A DNA stretch of 26,780 nt, taken from assembly GCA_002269645.1 (NCBI GenBank), contig NIVC01005082.1, forward strand, positions 1 through 26,780, in the 5' to 3' direction. Source of the DNA: Macrostomum lignano. Taxonomy: Eukaryota. How positions within the stretch are numbered: the first letter of the stretch is position 1; each line of letters opens with the position of its first letter. Of the stretch, positions 11,085 through 21,088 are shown piece after piece. The notes beneath the pieces are model-generated. The model ran no database searches. It saw nothing but the letters and a program-made list of their open reading frames with translations, and had not been told where the DNA came from. A program made the translations under genes and the position numbers.

Positions 11085-11744
11085 GCTGGCCTACGCGCTA
11101 TGCTTCACAATCACACCTACGCCGCTTCGGCTGACGCTGCTGCGCCTTGGCAACCGTTGCTAGGCAACAGCGACGCCGCTGAGGACGACAGTAAATCCGG
11201 TATTTACCTGGCTGAAGCGCCTCGGCTGCTGCAGCAACAAGTCGACTATCAGGATTACGAAGATTACGAGGACAACTACGACTCTAGAGACATGCGCTCG
11301 GCCATGTACCGGAACAAAGACCCGGCTAGGCTAGTGGCGGCAGGAGTCAAGCTAACCTATAACGAGGTTGTCACCTGTAGTCATCAGAAATTTCTAGCCC
11401 TGCTGCAGTGCTACAATCGCAAGCAGCAGGCCGTACTGCAGGAGGTGCGCAAACGCGGCAAAAATCGTTTAGCCGCGTCGAAATGCCGACAGAAGAAATC
11501 GGATCGAGTCGGTCGAGTTCGGGAAGAGCTCAGCGAGCTTGGCCAGCGCACTAACAGGCTGGCTGCTCAAACTGAAGCTGCTCAAGCTGAGGAGAGGCGC
11601 TTGCGCGACAAGTACATGCAGCTGTACCTGACCGCCTTTGGCAGGCTGAGGGACGCTGAGAATCGGCCGCTGGATCCCAGGGTGCACCGGCTGCAACACG
11701 GCCTGGATGGATCCGTGATTCTGGTTGCTAGGGACGCTGCTTAG
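11085..11744 (+). CDS. cnc: CNC/Nrf-family bZIP transcription factor, exon 2 (CNC-bZIP and Neh3-like tail); joined CDS 612 aa
   Basis: TTTTTTCAG acceptor, phase 0, in frame with exon 1. Contains the HNHTY motif, a CNC-like helix region, basic region RKRGKNRLAASKCRQKK, a zipper, and the C-terminal LRDAENRPLDPRVHRLQHGLDGSVILVAR resembling Neh3. Confidence 0.88.
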   Translation, partial: AGLRAMLHNHTYAASADAAAPWQPLLGNSDAAEDDSKSGIYLAEAPRLLQQQVDYQDYEDYEDNYDSRDMRSAMYRNKDPARLVAAGVKLTYNEVVTCSHQKFLALLQCYNRKQQAVLQEVRKRGKNRLAASKCRQKKSDRVGRVREELSELGQRTNRLAAQTEAAQAEERRLRDKYMQLYLTAFGRLRDAENRPLDPRVHRLQHGLDGSVILVARDAA

Positions 11745-11880
11745 ACTGGGAAAACGCTTCTATGAATATGCTTTTGCGAACTTGATTGACTGGTTGCTAA
11801 GGTGCGCTAAATGAACTCTTTAGTTGCTGTCCGGTTGCCAGAGACGCTTTTTCAGCTGCGGTTCTAGACACGCTTCTTTT

Positions 11881-12335
11881 GTGGTTGCTAGGGACACGCA
11901 AGCTATGCCACAATGCAGTCTGGTTGCTAGGGACACGAAATCTGTACCCCAATGCAATGGTTGCTAGGGACGCGCAAGCTATACCCCAATGCAGTCTGGT
12001 TGCTAGGGACTGAAACCTGTACCCCAATGCAGTATGGTTGCTAGGGACACAACCTGTCCCCCAGTGCAGTATGGTTGCTAGGGACACAACCTACCCCCCC
12101 CCCAGTGCAGTATGGTTGCTAGGGACACAACCTGTCCCCCAGTGCAGTATGATTGCTAGGGAACAACCTGTACCCCAGTGCAGTATGATTGCTAGGGAAC
12201 AACCTGTATCCCAGTGCAGTATTGTTGCTAGGGCACAACCTGTACCCCAGTGCAGTCTGGTTGCTAGGGCCAGAACCCAAACCCCAATTACCCCAATGCA
12301 GTCTGGTTGCTAGGGGCGCAACCTGTACCCCAATA
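11881..12335. repeat. 36-41-bp tandem array, 12 units, immediately 3' of the CNC stop codon
   Basis: Consensus near GGTTGCTAGGGACACAACCTGTACCCCAGTGCAGTAT. Degenerate cores at ~11790, 11831 and 11859, and a perfect core inside the CDS at 11721-11738. Confidence 0.92.
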
Positions 12336-12371
12336 GTCTGGTTGTTCGGGTTGCAATAGAATTGTGGTGCG

Positions 12372-12385
12372 GTTGCTATGGAAAC
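12372..12385. promoter_or_regulatory. Candidate RFX X-box GTTGCTATGGAAAC
   Basis: Fits the X-box consensus GTHNYY-AT-RRNAAC and lies at the end of the GTTGCTAGGG array. Function untested. Confidence 0.35.
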
Positions 12386-12491
12386 AATTAATATTATTGA
12401 TATCAACCCTCGTAATTGTCTTCGCCGTTTGGTGGTCCAATTTTAATACAACAGTTTTATTTTCTATAACTAAGCATGAAATTTAGTTTTC

Positions 12492-13200
12492 GTCAGTGTA
12501 CTATTAAAACGGCCCTTTTCGTGGCTGTCAGTTTTTTTGTCTCGCACTCTTGAATACAAAAACAGGAGCGTACATCAAATGCTTACTTGAAGTAGCATCG
12601 CTGGTAAAGAAAAATAATATATACTCTTACAAAAATTGTTTATTTCAGTTTTAATTCTTTATCTAAGCTAAGTAGTATAATCACAGTAGTATGAGCTGTT
12701 TTTTTTTAATTTTAGTACACACGGTTACATCTTACCCAAGTGTGATGTGCTGGCTTTGCTCTCCGCTTTCTCCTGTTATTCTGCTTTTTTGATTTAGTTA
12801 GACGCTCGATCTGTTTAAATATGACTCCAGTTTTTTGTTTAAACAAGCTTAAATAGTCTTACTCTGCACTCCTATTGTTGATCGTTGTATATTCAGTAAA
12901 GTTGAAAGTAAAATTGATAAAAATATCCAAATGAAAAAGCCATAAATCAAAATAAGACAGGGTAACGAGTGTTTGTGTATGTATGAATAAAAATCGCTTG
13001 CTTTGTATTATTTTTATATTTTAGTTTCCATTCTGTTTTTGTCGGTTTTGGGTTTTTTTCAAACGGCCCTTTTTAGGGTCAATTATGATATTTTAATGCT
13101 AGTTTGAAGTGCAAAAATGATTGTTATAAATGAAAAAAGTTGGGTAAATTTTGCTTGGTGGTCAGTGTAATGTTAAAACGGCCCTTCTGAGGGCTGTTAG
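12492..13200 (+). repeat. Dispersed direct repeats with an AAACGGCCCTT core
   Basis: 12492-12531 and 13161-13200 match at 33/40 positions; a shorter core is at 13061-13078; the same core is on the minus strand at about 36-58, next to the Merlin relic. Confidence 0.6.
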
Positions 13201-14380
13201 TTTGTTTTGCATTCGATGGCAGAACAGGAACTTTAGCAACTGCATAAAACCAGACACAATGAATTCGTTCTGTTTTGTCTACTCTGATGCACTTTAACCT
13301 GTAAATAGCTGTCATCCTTGTTTCCTATTTATTAACTTTTTAAAATATCTTTGTTGTGCTTGCATCTTTCTATTTCTCTTTTTAAATTGTCAAGCTTTTT
13401 TTCTACTCTTAGTAGTCTATCCCGGGTTTTTTTAGCGATTGAGAGTGTCTCTGTATCCTCTGAGTTAATTTAATCTAAATGTTTATAGTATATAGGTTGC
13501 TTTCAGTTAATGTTTTATTAGAATCACACCTTATATTGTACTCGTATTATATTGTTAATTTTAGGCTGTGAAATTTTCCGTTGGCAAATATTTTATTGTG
13601 TCCTCAGCTTGTTGTTCGCTTGCTTTGTTTAAAAAATAAAAAACTTTATTATTGAGTAGTAGAGTTAGTTTATATTTTCTTTGCATTATTATCTTGGTGG
13701 TGTGTTCATTTTGTGTCCTCGGTTGCGGATTCTAAATGCAAATTGCCGATATGAAAAATAAATAATAAAATGCAAAATTATTTAATATTTTTTTATTTCC
13801 CTCGATATCCTACTGATCAGTAGTGTGAGTCGGTTTTATTCGCTTTAATCTAAGTGTTCACCAGTAGTAATTTATTGTTTATTTATCTATTAATTTTTAA
13901 TCGGTTGTTTACTTGTCCACCCTTAAGCATTTGTTGTACCAATATATTTAAAGTGAGTGAATATATTGGCTGCCTGTTGTCCCTCTCTATCCTATGCGTG
14001 CTTCTAATTCTAACCCACTACCTTGCTAATTAACATTTTACTATATAAAAGTGTCTTGCGAGCAGTTAACTTGAAGAAAAATAAAAATAAAAAAACAAAA
14101 AAATTTGTCGCGTGCGTTCTGTTTACTACTACCTAATTACAAGAACTAGTAGTGATTCCTGCCTTTTTGCGCTTTTGATTTTTAATTTAAAAAATCCTGC
14201 ATCATTAAAATACGAACCAAAATATTCGGCCCATTCCGATGTGTATTCCGATGTGAATTGCAGGACAAGTAGGTCAAAAGTTACTAACTGCAAAGCCAAT
14301 AATTTGCTTCAATCTTAACTTCAAGCGATATTTATTTTCTTTCAGCTAAGATTTTTAAATTTTTAGAAAGTCTATCCACT

Positions 14381-17326
14381 TCACATTTTTGCGATTCTGC
14401 AAACTTTATTTTCGACTTCCTCGACGTTCTCAGCGAACCAGGCTTTGATCCTCGGTAGGCTCTCTATCCTCCACTTGGCGTTGATGAGCACTTTCTCAAG
14501 AGACTGAGCCAGCGCGCGACCGAACTTCTTCAGATTTTCCTTGTTTTGCTTTTTGAAATTCAAGATCTCCGTGTAGTGCTCCAAATCGCTGAAAATGCCC
14601 AGGTAGCTTATGACATCAGACTGCATGAGTGGACTTGGAATTTTACTGTTTACATTCCTCCAATTCTTCTGCAAGTGGTTCCAGAAAGTCTGTAATCCAT
14701 TAGGATTCTTGGCCATGCTTTCAAGCGCAAAGGCCATTTCCTGCATTCGAAAATGGCTGTCATTAGCTGGATGTTGGAGGTAATGCTCAAGAATCGATGG
14801 CTTGCTAGAGCAGGCAAGACCTGGGATGATGTCGATCTTAGTGCCTAGGTGAGAAACGGTCTTGCTGAGTGAGTCCCACTCCTCCTGAGAACTCCCTTCA
14901 GCCCCCTCGCAGAGAACAGCTGGTCTAAAATCAGGATTGATCAGCGACCGAAACCCGGAATTCACGTATTCTCTGAACTTCGCTTTCGCGGCATCTTTGC
15001 AGCTCGCCAATCCGTATTTGTACGCCGACGAAGTGATAAGCTCTCGCTTCAGCTTAGTCAGGTGGGTGTCCGTGTCTTTGTTTTCAAGCCCGACATCGTT
15101 GAAGGCTCCCTCGAGTAGATCTCGCATGTACGCATTCAGCGGTCCGTATTCAGAAGGCCGTGACTGCAGCATCGAGCGCAGGTAGCCAATCTTCGATAGA
15201 GCGGCCGACCACGGTGCAAAGTGCGTCTCCCTCTTCAAGTACTTGGTCATGTTGAGCGGAATGCTGTAGTCCAGATAGCCGGCACTGGCCAGAGCGAAGC
15301 TGTCATCGAGCAGACGAGCCCTGTCCTGCGGACTGAACACCGTGTGATTCGAGACCAGCTGATCGATGAGCCGCTTCCAGTTGTTCAAGTCGTAGTTCAC
15401 TCTGTAGAAGCCGGACGAGCGAAGGTTGAGCAGATACCAATCGGCCGAGCTGTCGAGTTCGAAGGACTGCTCCTTCTCGGTCATCCAGTTCACAAAGCCC
15501 GACACGTCCTCAGGAGTTCCCGAGGTGAGGTTCCGCTTGGTTCCCATGGTGACAGGGATGATCCACGTGTAGTTGTAGTCGCTCAGGTAGCTCGGAACTT
15601 GACTGGCATTCCAGAGAAAGTGGTTCTGCGTCAGTGTGAGACGTCCAGTCGCAGTGACGAAACAGTTGAGCACGGGGTAGCCATCTGCTTGATCCAGCGA
15701 TCCATCACTGAGCCGACGTCGAGAGACTTGTTTGTGGACTCGGAGTACTGCCGGGTCAGACTGTCATAGAGAGCGGTGTGGAATGTGTTTCCGTAGCTGT
15801 TCTGACGCAAGTAGTTTCCGACACCTTTGCGAAAGACCTCGTCACCGACGAAGCCGTGAAGCATGCGGAGAATCATTCCACCTTTAAAGTAAGTGATTGA
15901 GTCGAAGTTTTGGTAGATATTTATCAGTTGCTTGACTTCGAAGAAAATCGGATGACTGTTAGCCAGCGAATCTGTTTCCATCGTCTTCAGCTTATAAGTC
16001 GCAACAAACTGAGCATCAAAATCCCAATCCGGTCGAATGTTGTTCACGCCAATGGTTAGCGCGAAACTAGCGAATCCTTCGTTCAGCCACAGGTCGTCCT
16101 ACCATTGAGGAGTGACTAAGTTTCCAAACCACATGTGAGCGACCTCGTGACTGACAAGAAGTCCACTAAACTGGTAGTTGAAGGCCCTATCTTTTCGGTT
16201 GTCAATGGCAACGTAACTTTCACGATAGACAACTAGACCCCAGTTTTCCATGCCCCTTGAAGGAAAATCAGGAACAGCAATTTGGTCTTTTTTTTTCAGC
16301 GGAAATCGAACATCAAAGTAGGATTCGAAGAACAGAGTTAGATTCTTTAGCGCGTCCTGTGAAAAGTTCATTATGTTTAGAAGCTCTGGTCTCACATAAG
16401 TGCGGTACGTTCGCATCTGAGAATCCGTGTCTTCAATGTATTCGAACTGAGAAACAACGAACGCAAGAATGTACGTGGACATGATGGGAGTGGTCTCAAA
16501 GTCTTCCTTTTCTACCTGATCTCTACCTGATCCGAGTCGCTCATCTCGCTGAACCAATTGCTGGCCCTGGCTTTGGTAACTCGTTTCGATGGCATGTTGC
16601 TGAGCGCAGTGAAACCCTTCTCTCTGACAATGCTGATGTCAAACCTGGCCTTGAATGCGGGCTCGTCGAAACACGGAAACACCATCCTGGCGTGAGATAC
16701 TTGAAGCTGGGACGTCGCTAGGTACTTTGTGGTTCTCTTCTCGGTGTACGAGCTCAGGTACTAGCCTCGCAAACCAGATCGAAGCGGAGATCTGAAGCGT
16801 GGGATCTCGATCACGATGTTGGTGCTGTTCGCTGGCAGCGGCGCACACAGGTCGATGCTGTACCACTGACTATCGCTGTCGCACACAGGTCGATGCTGTA
16901 CCACTGACTATCGCTGTCGTACACACAGTTGGCGATTGCGTAGTTTATGTCTAAGCAGCTGTCGTAGACCCGAAAATCCGCTGCGGTGAGTTTAATGTTC
17001 TCCGCCGAGTGCAGCTTGATGTTGCTAGTTGAGTCTTCGATGCTGAGTCTCACCTGCATGGAGCCGATGAAGTAGAACTCCAAGGCATTGCTCCCGTAGA
17101 TGTAGGGCGCCAGGGTGACTGCACAGTGTAGTGGCTTCACTCCGGTCGGCAGGCGAACGTTAGGCGGCGGTTGCCCCGCATTTTTTGCCTTGGTCTCATT
17201 GGTGCCGGATGTAGGTGCAGGAGTTGCTTGGGGCGGAGCAGTGTCAGGCTGGCCATAAACAGGTCCTTCTGCGAGCAATAGCAGCAGTGCTAGGGCCGTT
17301 AGCAAGCGTTGCTTTCGTGATTTCAT
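14381..17326 (-). pseudogene. Intronless M1-family aminopeptidase N-like pseudogene with a signal peptide
   Basis: VRLP..VKPLH, ARMVFPCFDEPAFKARF, ALSNMP, FETTPIMSTY, RGMENWGL (GxMEN), HEVAHMWFGNLVT..W*DDLWLNEGFA (HExxH...E), ITYFKGG, GFYRVNYD and an ERAP1-like C-domain. Lesions: 38-bp duplication (16844-16919), TAG (16761-16763), 11-bp duplication (16511-16532), TAG (16099-16101), 1-bp deletion (~15682). Confidence 0.9.
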
Positions 17327-18069
17327 TTCGAATGATTTTTTGTCTTCTTGTTTAGTCGCAGAATTGCTCTGTTGGTTCTAGCGAATTTATTCGTTCTTAT
17401 TTTACTTGTACATGGGGATTTTGTAACGAACTGTATCATTTTATATCATTCTAATCTGGAAGAAATCAAAAAATCGTACGAAATTATCTTGTTTTTTTAG
17501 AATATCCAGATCACTCCAGCTCCTAAATTGGTATTTATTGCATGCATTTGGATAAAACATATCAAAAATAATTAAATAAGGTTGAATAATTCTTAAGCTG
17601 AAAAATTTTGCTTAATAAAAAAAATAGCTATCATGAAAATTTCAACGTTTCCAATTTATGAGGTTGAAGCTTTAGCCTGCAGGAATGGATATCTGCGGTA
17701 AAAACTCACTGAAAAAAGCATTAGCTAGGCGCAGAACAAGGACAACTAAAGCAACGTATATACAGGACGCAACACTCACGTTTCATGGGAAAGGTTCTGA
17801 AGCTTCATGGGCCACTTTTTGCCAAAAAAATGCACTAGCTATGGAGATAGAAAGTTTTGATTTTTTCAGCACAAAAATTGTTTTTGCTTTCGACAGATCC
17901 AATGTTCATCGTTTGATATGTTAATTGTGCCTTTCTTATAGCTCTATTGATATTCATAAAGCTTTTTGTTCAAAAAATTAACTAGGATTATGTGTTAATT
18001 TTTTATTCACCGTATATGTACATTTCCTGTATCTAAAAATCATAAAAATGCATGGCAAAGCTCGAGTCT

Positions 18070-18146
18070 TTGGTTTTGTGAATCTATTTTATCATCTCTG
18101 TTTCACATGTTGTTACAAGAATGGCAAAATAGATTCATAAAACCAA
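18070..18146. other. 77-nt inverted repeat / hairpin
   Basis: TTGGTTTTGTGAATCTATTTT (18070-18090) pairs with AAAATAGATTCATAAAACCAA (18126-18146) with one mismatch (G-U wobble-compatible on one strand); partial further pairing inside. Confidence 0.7.
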
Positions 18147-18160
18147 TGAGCCGTGCCATT

Positions 18161-19835
18161 AACTACCGACGGGGGGCAGAGCGCCGCGATTAGGCTGCGA
18201 GGCCCCTATCGCAACCCCAAGCTAAAAGCAGAAAGGCGTTAGCCTTGGGGCTGCGCCCACCCCTCGCCGGCAGCAGAAGCGCTGGCAAGAGTGGCGGCGT
18301 CTGCGATCTTCATCCGCCCAGAATCTCGAACGAATGCGCGCAGGTCACGGATCCGGTCCGGAGTGGTGAGCTCGTCCAGCCTTAGCGGGTGACCGAGGTG
18401 ACGCCTTCGCGCCTCGCTGAAGTGCGGGCAGAAAGTGACGTGGTTGCGTCGAGGTTTCCTCCTCTAGATCACAGAATGGGCAGATAGGGGAGCAACCACT
18501 TTGCAGTGAAATATGTCTCTGGAAGAAGCCATGGCCAGTGATGACCATGCACATCTCCCTGATGTCAGTTTTACTTAAGGAGATTAGATATTCGGATACT
18601 TTCCGGTTTATGACAGGCATTGCAATTCGTGTTTGCCGATATTCGGAGCAGCTGTCCCAGTGGACCTGGTGCTGGCGATTCAGCCAATCTTGAATGGCGC
18701 GATTGACTGATGACTTCGGAGAAGGTAACTTGACTGGGCGTTGGCTCCACCGGGGTGCAACCCGTTTAACGAGTTGATCCACAAGCTCATTGCCGAGGAT
18801 GTTGCTATGGCCTGGTGTTCAGATAACATTGATCCTGTTGAGAATCGCTAGGGTCTGCAAGCTTTTGAAGCAGTCTGAAACTGATTTGGTTGAGAGCTTG
18901 ATGGAAGACAAGGCCTTAGTAGCAGCCTGGCTGTCAGAATAAAAATAAATGTCAAAGCTGCTGATACCAGCTTTGTGCAAATTTGCTCAGCGCACTGGTT
19001 GATGGCTCCAACTTCGGATTGAAAAACCGAGACATTCTCACCAAGATGAAGACTTTCTTGTAAGATCGCCTCACCCTAGTGGAAAATGGCGATGCCCGCG
19101 CCCGCGAGACCGTCACACAGGGATCCGTCAGTGAAGCAGTGAATACCCTGGCTTCTCCTGCCCACGTCCAGCGGGTGGCTCCCTCGCGGCGGAAGGGTTG
19201 AACTTGAAGCCCTTCCTGAGGATGAAAGTGGGGGTTTGCAGTCCACCTCGTCTAAATTGAGGTGGATGTGTTGAAGATCGCGACGGATGTAGTCTAGATG
19301 TGGGATGAGAGTCTTCTCGGGCATGAAGCCCGAGGGGGTGTTAGCAATAAATTTATCACAACTGAGAAGCGTGGCACCCTTCATCGCCTCAGCTCTAATG
19401 AACAAATGCAGCGGAGGCATGCTGAGGATGGTGTTAAGGCCCTCGTAAGGGGTGGATGGATAGGCACCGGTGATGGCACGGCAGATGTACCCTGGAGCTG
19501 GTACAGCCGGTCCCGCACAGTCTTCAACTCCAACGCACTGGACCAGATAACACATGCGTAGGTAATACTGGGTCGAATGATGCCAGTGTAGATCCACCTG
19601 ACCGTCTTGGGAGATTGTCCCCAGGTAGGCCCAACGTGCTTGGTTAAGTCCAACGCAGATCGTGAGTGAGCGTCACACCTAGATATTTTGTTTCCTTGAC
19701 TAGGGGATGTCCTTACCATAGATGGTGAGGTTCCGCATGCTCCACTTCCGCTTCCTGGTGAAGATAATGGCCATCGTCTTAGCAGTGCTAATGGTTAGGC
19801 CGTGCCGGGTAGCCCAGGCTTGCGCCTTATCGGCG
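18161..19835 (-). mobile_element. 5'-truncated, decayed non-LTR retrotransposon with RT tail, RNase H and C-terminal Cys knuckle (R1/Loa/I-group-like)
   Basis: [69 protein letters not shown], RNase H CFTDGSL...FQSEV...YSDSQAA...[34 protein letters not shown]. Several stops and frameshifts. 13-bp TSD GAGCCGTGCCATT at 18148-18160 and 19836-19848. Confidence 0.88.
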
Positions 19836-19861
19836 GAGCCGTGCCATTTCAGTGGTTTTAA

Positions 19862-20019
19862 GGTAACCTTTTTACAACTGGGTGAACTGAAGCAATGCAG
19901 AGTTAAGTATCTTGCTCAAGGACACAAATTGTGGGTAGAGACCGAGTGGGTCGAGAATTGAATCCCCAACCTTTCAGTCGTGAGTCCGAAGCTCTAACCA
20001 CACTATAGGCTGCGACCCC
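19862..20019 (-). mobile_element. tRNA-derived SINE (family A) with a CORE-like central domain
   Basis: Head GGGGTCGCAGCCTATAGTGTGGTTAGAGC with a degenerate B-box GGGATTCAATTCTC, then TTGTGTCCTTGAGCAAGATACTTAACTCTGCATTGCTTCAGTTCACCCAGTTGTAAAAAGG, resembling the MIR CORE as recalled from memory. Confidence 0.65.
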
Positions 20020-21088
20020 ACTAGCTTCAAGGCCAAGCGCTCTCCTATTAATGATGAAGTGGAAGCAGAACCGAAAACTGTCGACATTGATTATATAGTC
20101 ACGCAAGAATTCAACGAGCGGCCCATCTAGAGATAATTAGCATTTAACAATACATCGTATTTTTGGCTTCATGAAGTGAAAAAAGTAGCTAATGTTTTTT
20201 CAGACAGCTTTAATAACATAAGTTTGGAATCAATATACACTTGCAAAAATACGTACATTTATGTATACGCAATCAATGTTTTTCCTGCCTACCCTGAGCT
20301 TTAGCGGCGGCTCTTCAAGTGAACACTTAAAAGGAAAAGAGCTGAAAAATGAGAAAAGGGAGGTTGCTGAAGTGTACCGAGCGGGAAGTGCTACCCTTCT
20401 TGGGAAACTAGGAAAAATTAGTCAAGAACCAGAGAGTTTTGCCCAATTGACGCCTAAACACCACCTGTCGGCACTCTGTGGCTGTTTTTACGTGTATACA
20501 TCGGAGTTGTCTATTTTATCGCGTTGTGTCAAGCGCTTTAATTGTTTGTGCCGCCTTCTGAGTCAGGTTTACCCCACCTCTACAGAAGAGTAGGAATGAA
20601 GACGCTTTCCATCTCCGTGTCAGCTTCTCAACTTCCTAGCCAAGTAGCTCCTACTCTCGATCTTTCTCCCAAAGCCACTCGACTCATCCCGTCACCCTTA
20701 GTTACTGGTCCAACAACTCAAGCTAAAGTTACTTCTGTAGAAAATATTTCTTTTGTTTTTATTCCCAAGTTAGTCCCAGCCGCTGTCAAAAATAGGAACA
20801 GGAAACATAAAGCAGGCGTGCATCTTCAGACAGCAAATGCAGCGCTTGAGAAAGGCTGGCTTATTGATTCGCTGAGAGGGTTGCGTCTTCATTGTGGTCC
20901 AAGCATTTTGACTATTTAGCTGACGCCTCTCACGGAAATATGGACGCCACTCTCTCAAGGAGGAGGAGAAACTTTTCAATTGGTATAAAAAAGTAAATTT
21001 AACAGCAAGAGACGAAACAGATAAGATTACGAAAAATCTTAAAATTTTTATTCCATTCCGAACTACTCGTAGAACTTTTTTAGCTGAA

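Noticed and set aside
10141-12335. The two tandem arrays as CRISPR arrays
   Set aside because: Units are head-to-tail with no unique spacers, there are no cas genes, and the context is eukaryotic with introns.
16099-16101. Stop-codon readthrough or an alternative genetic code to explain the in-frame TAG/TGA codons
   Set aside because: The same loci also carry frameshifting duplications and deletions, and the intact genes end in standard stops; ordinary decay is sufficient.
18161-20019. SINE-LINE template-switch chimera (same orientation, adjacent)
   Set aside because: The LINE has its own 13-bp TSD, whose right copy (19836-19848) separates it from the SINE, so these are independent insertions.
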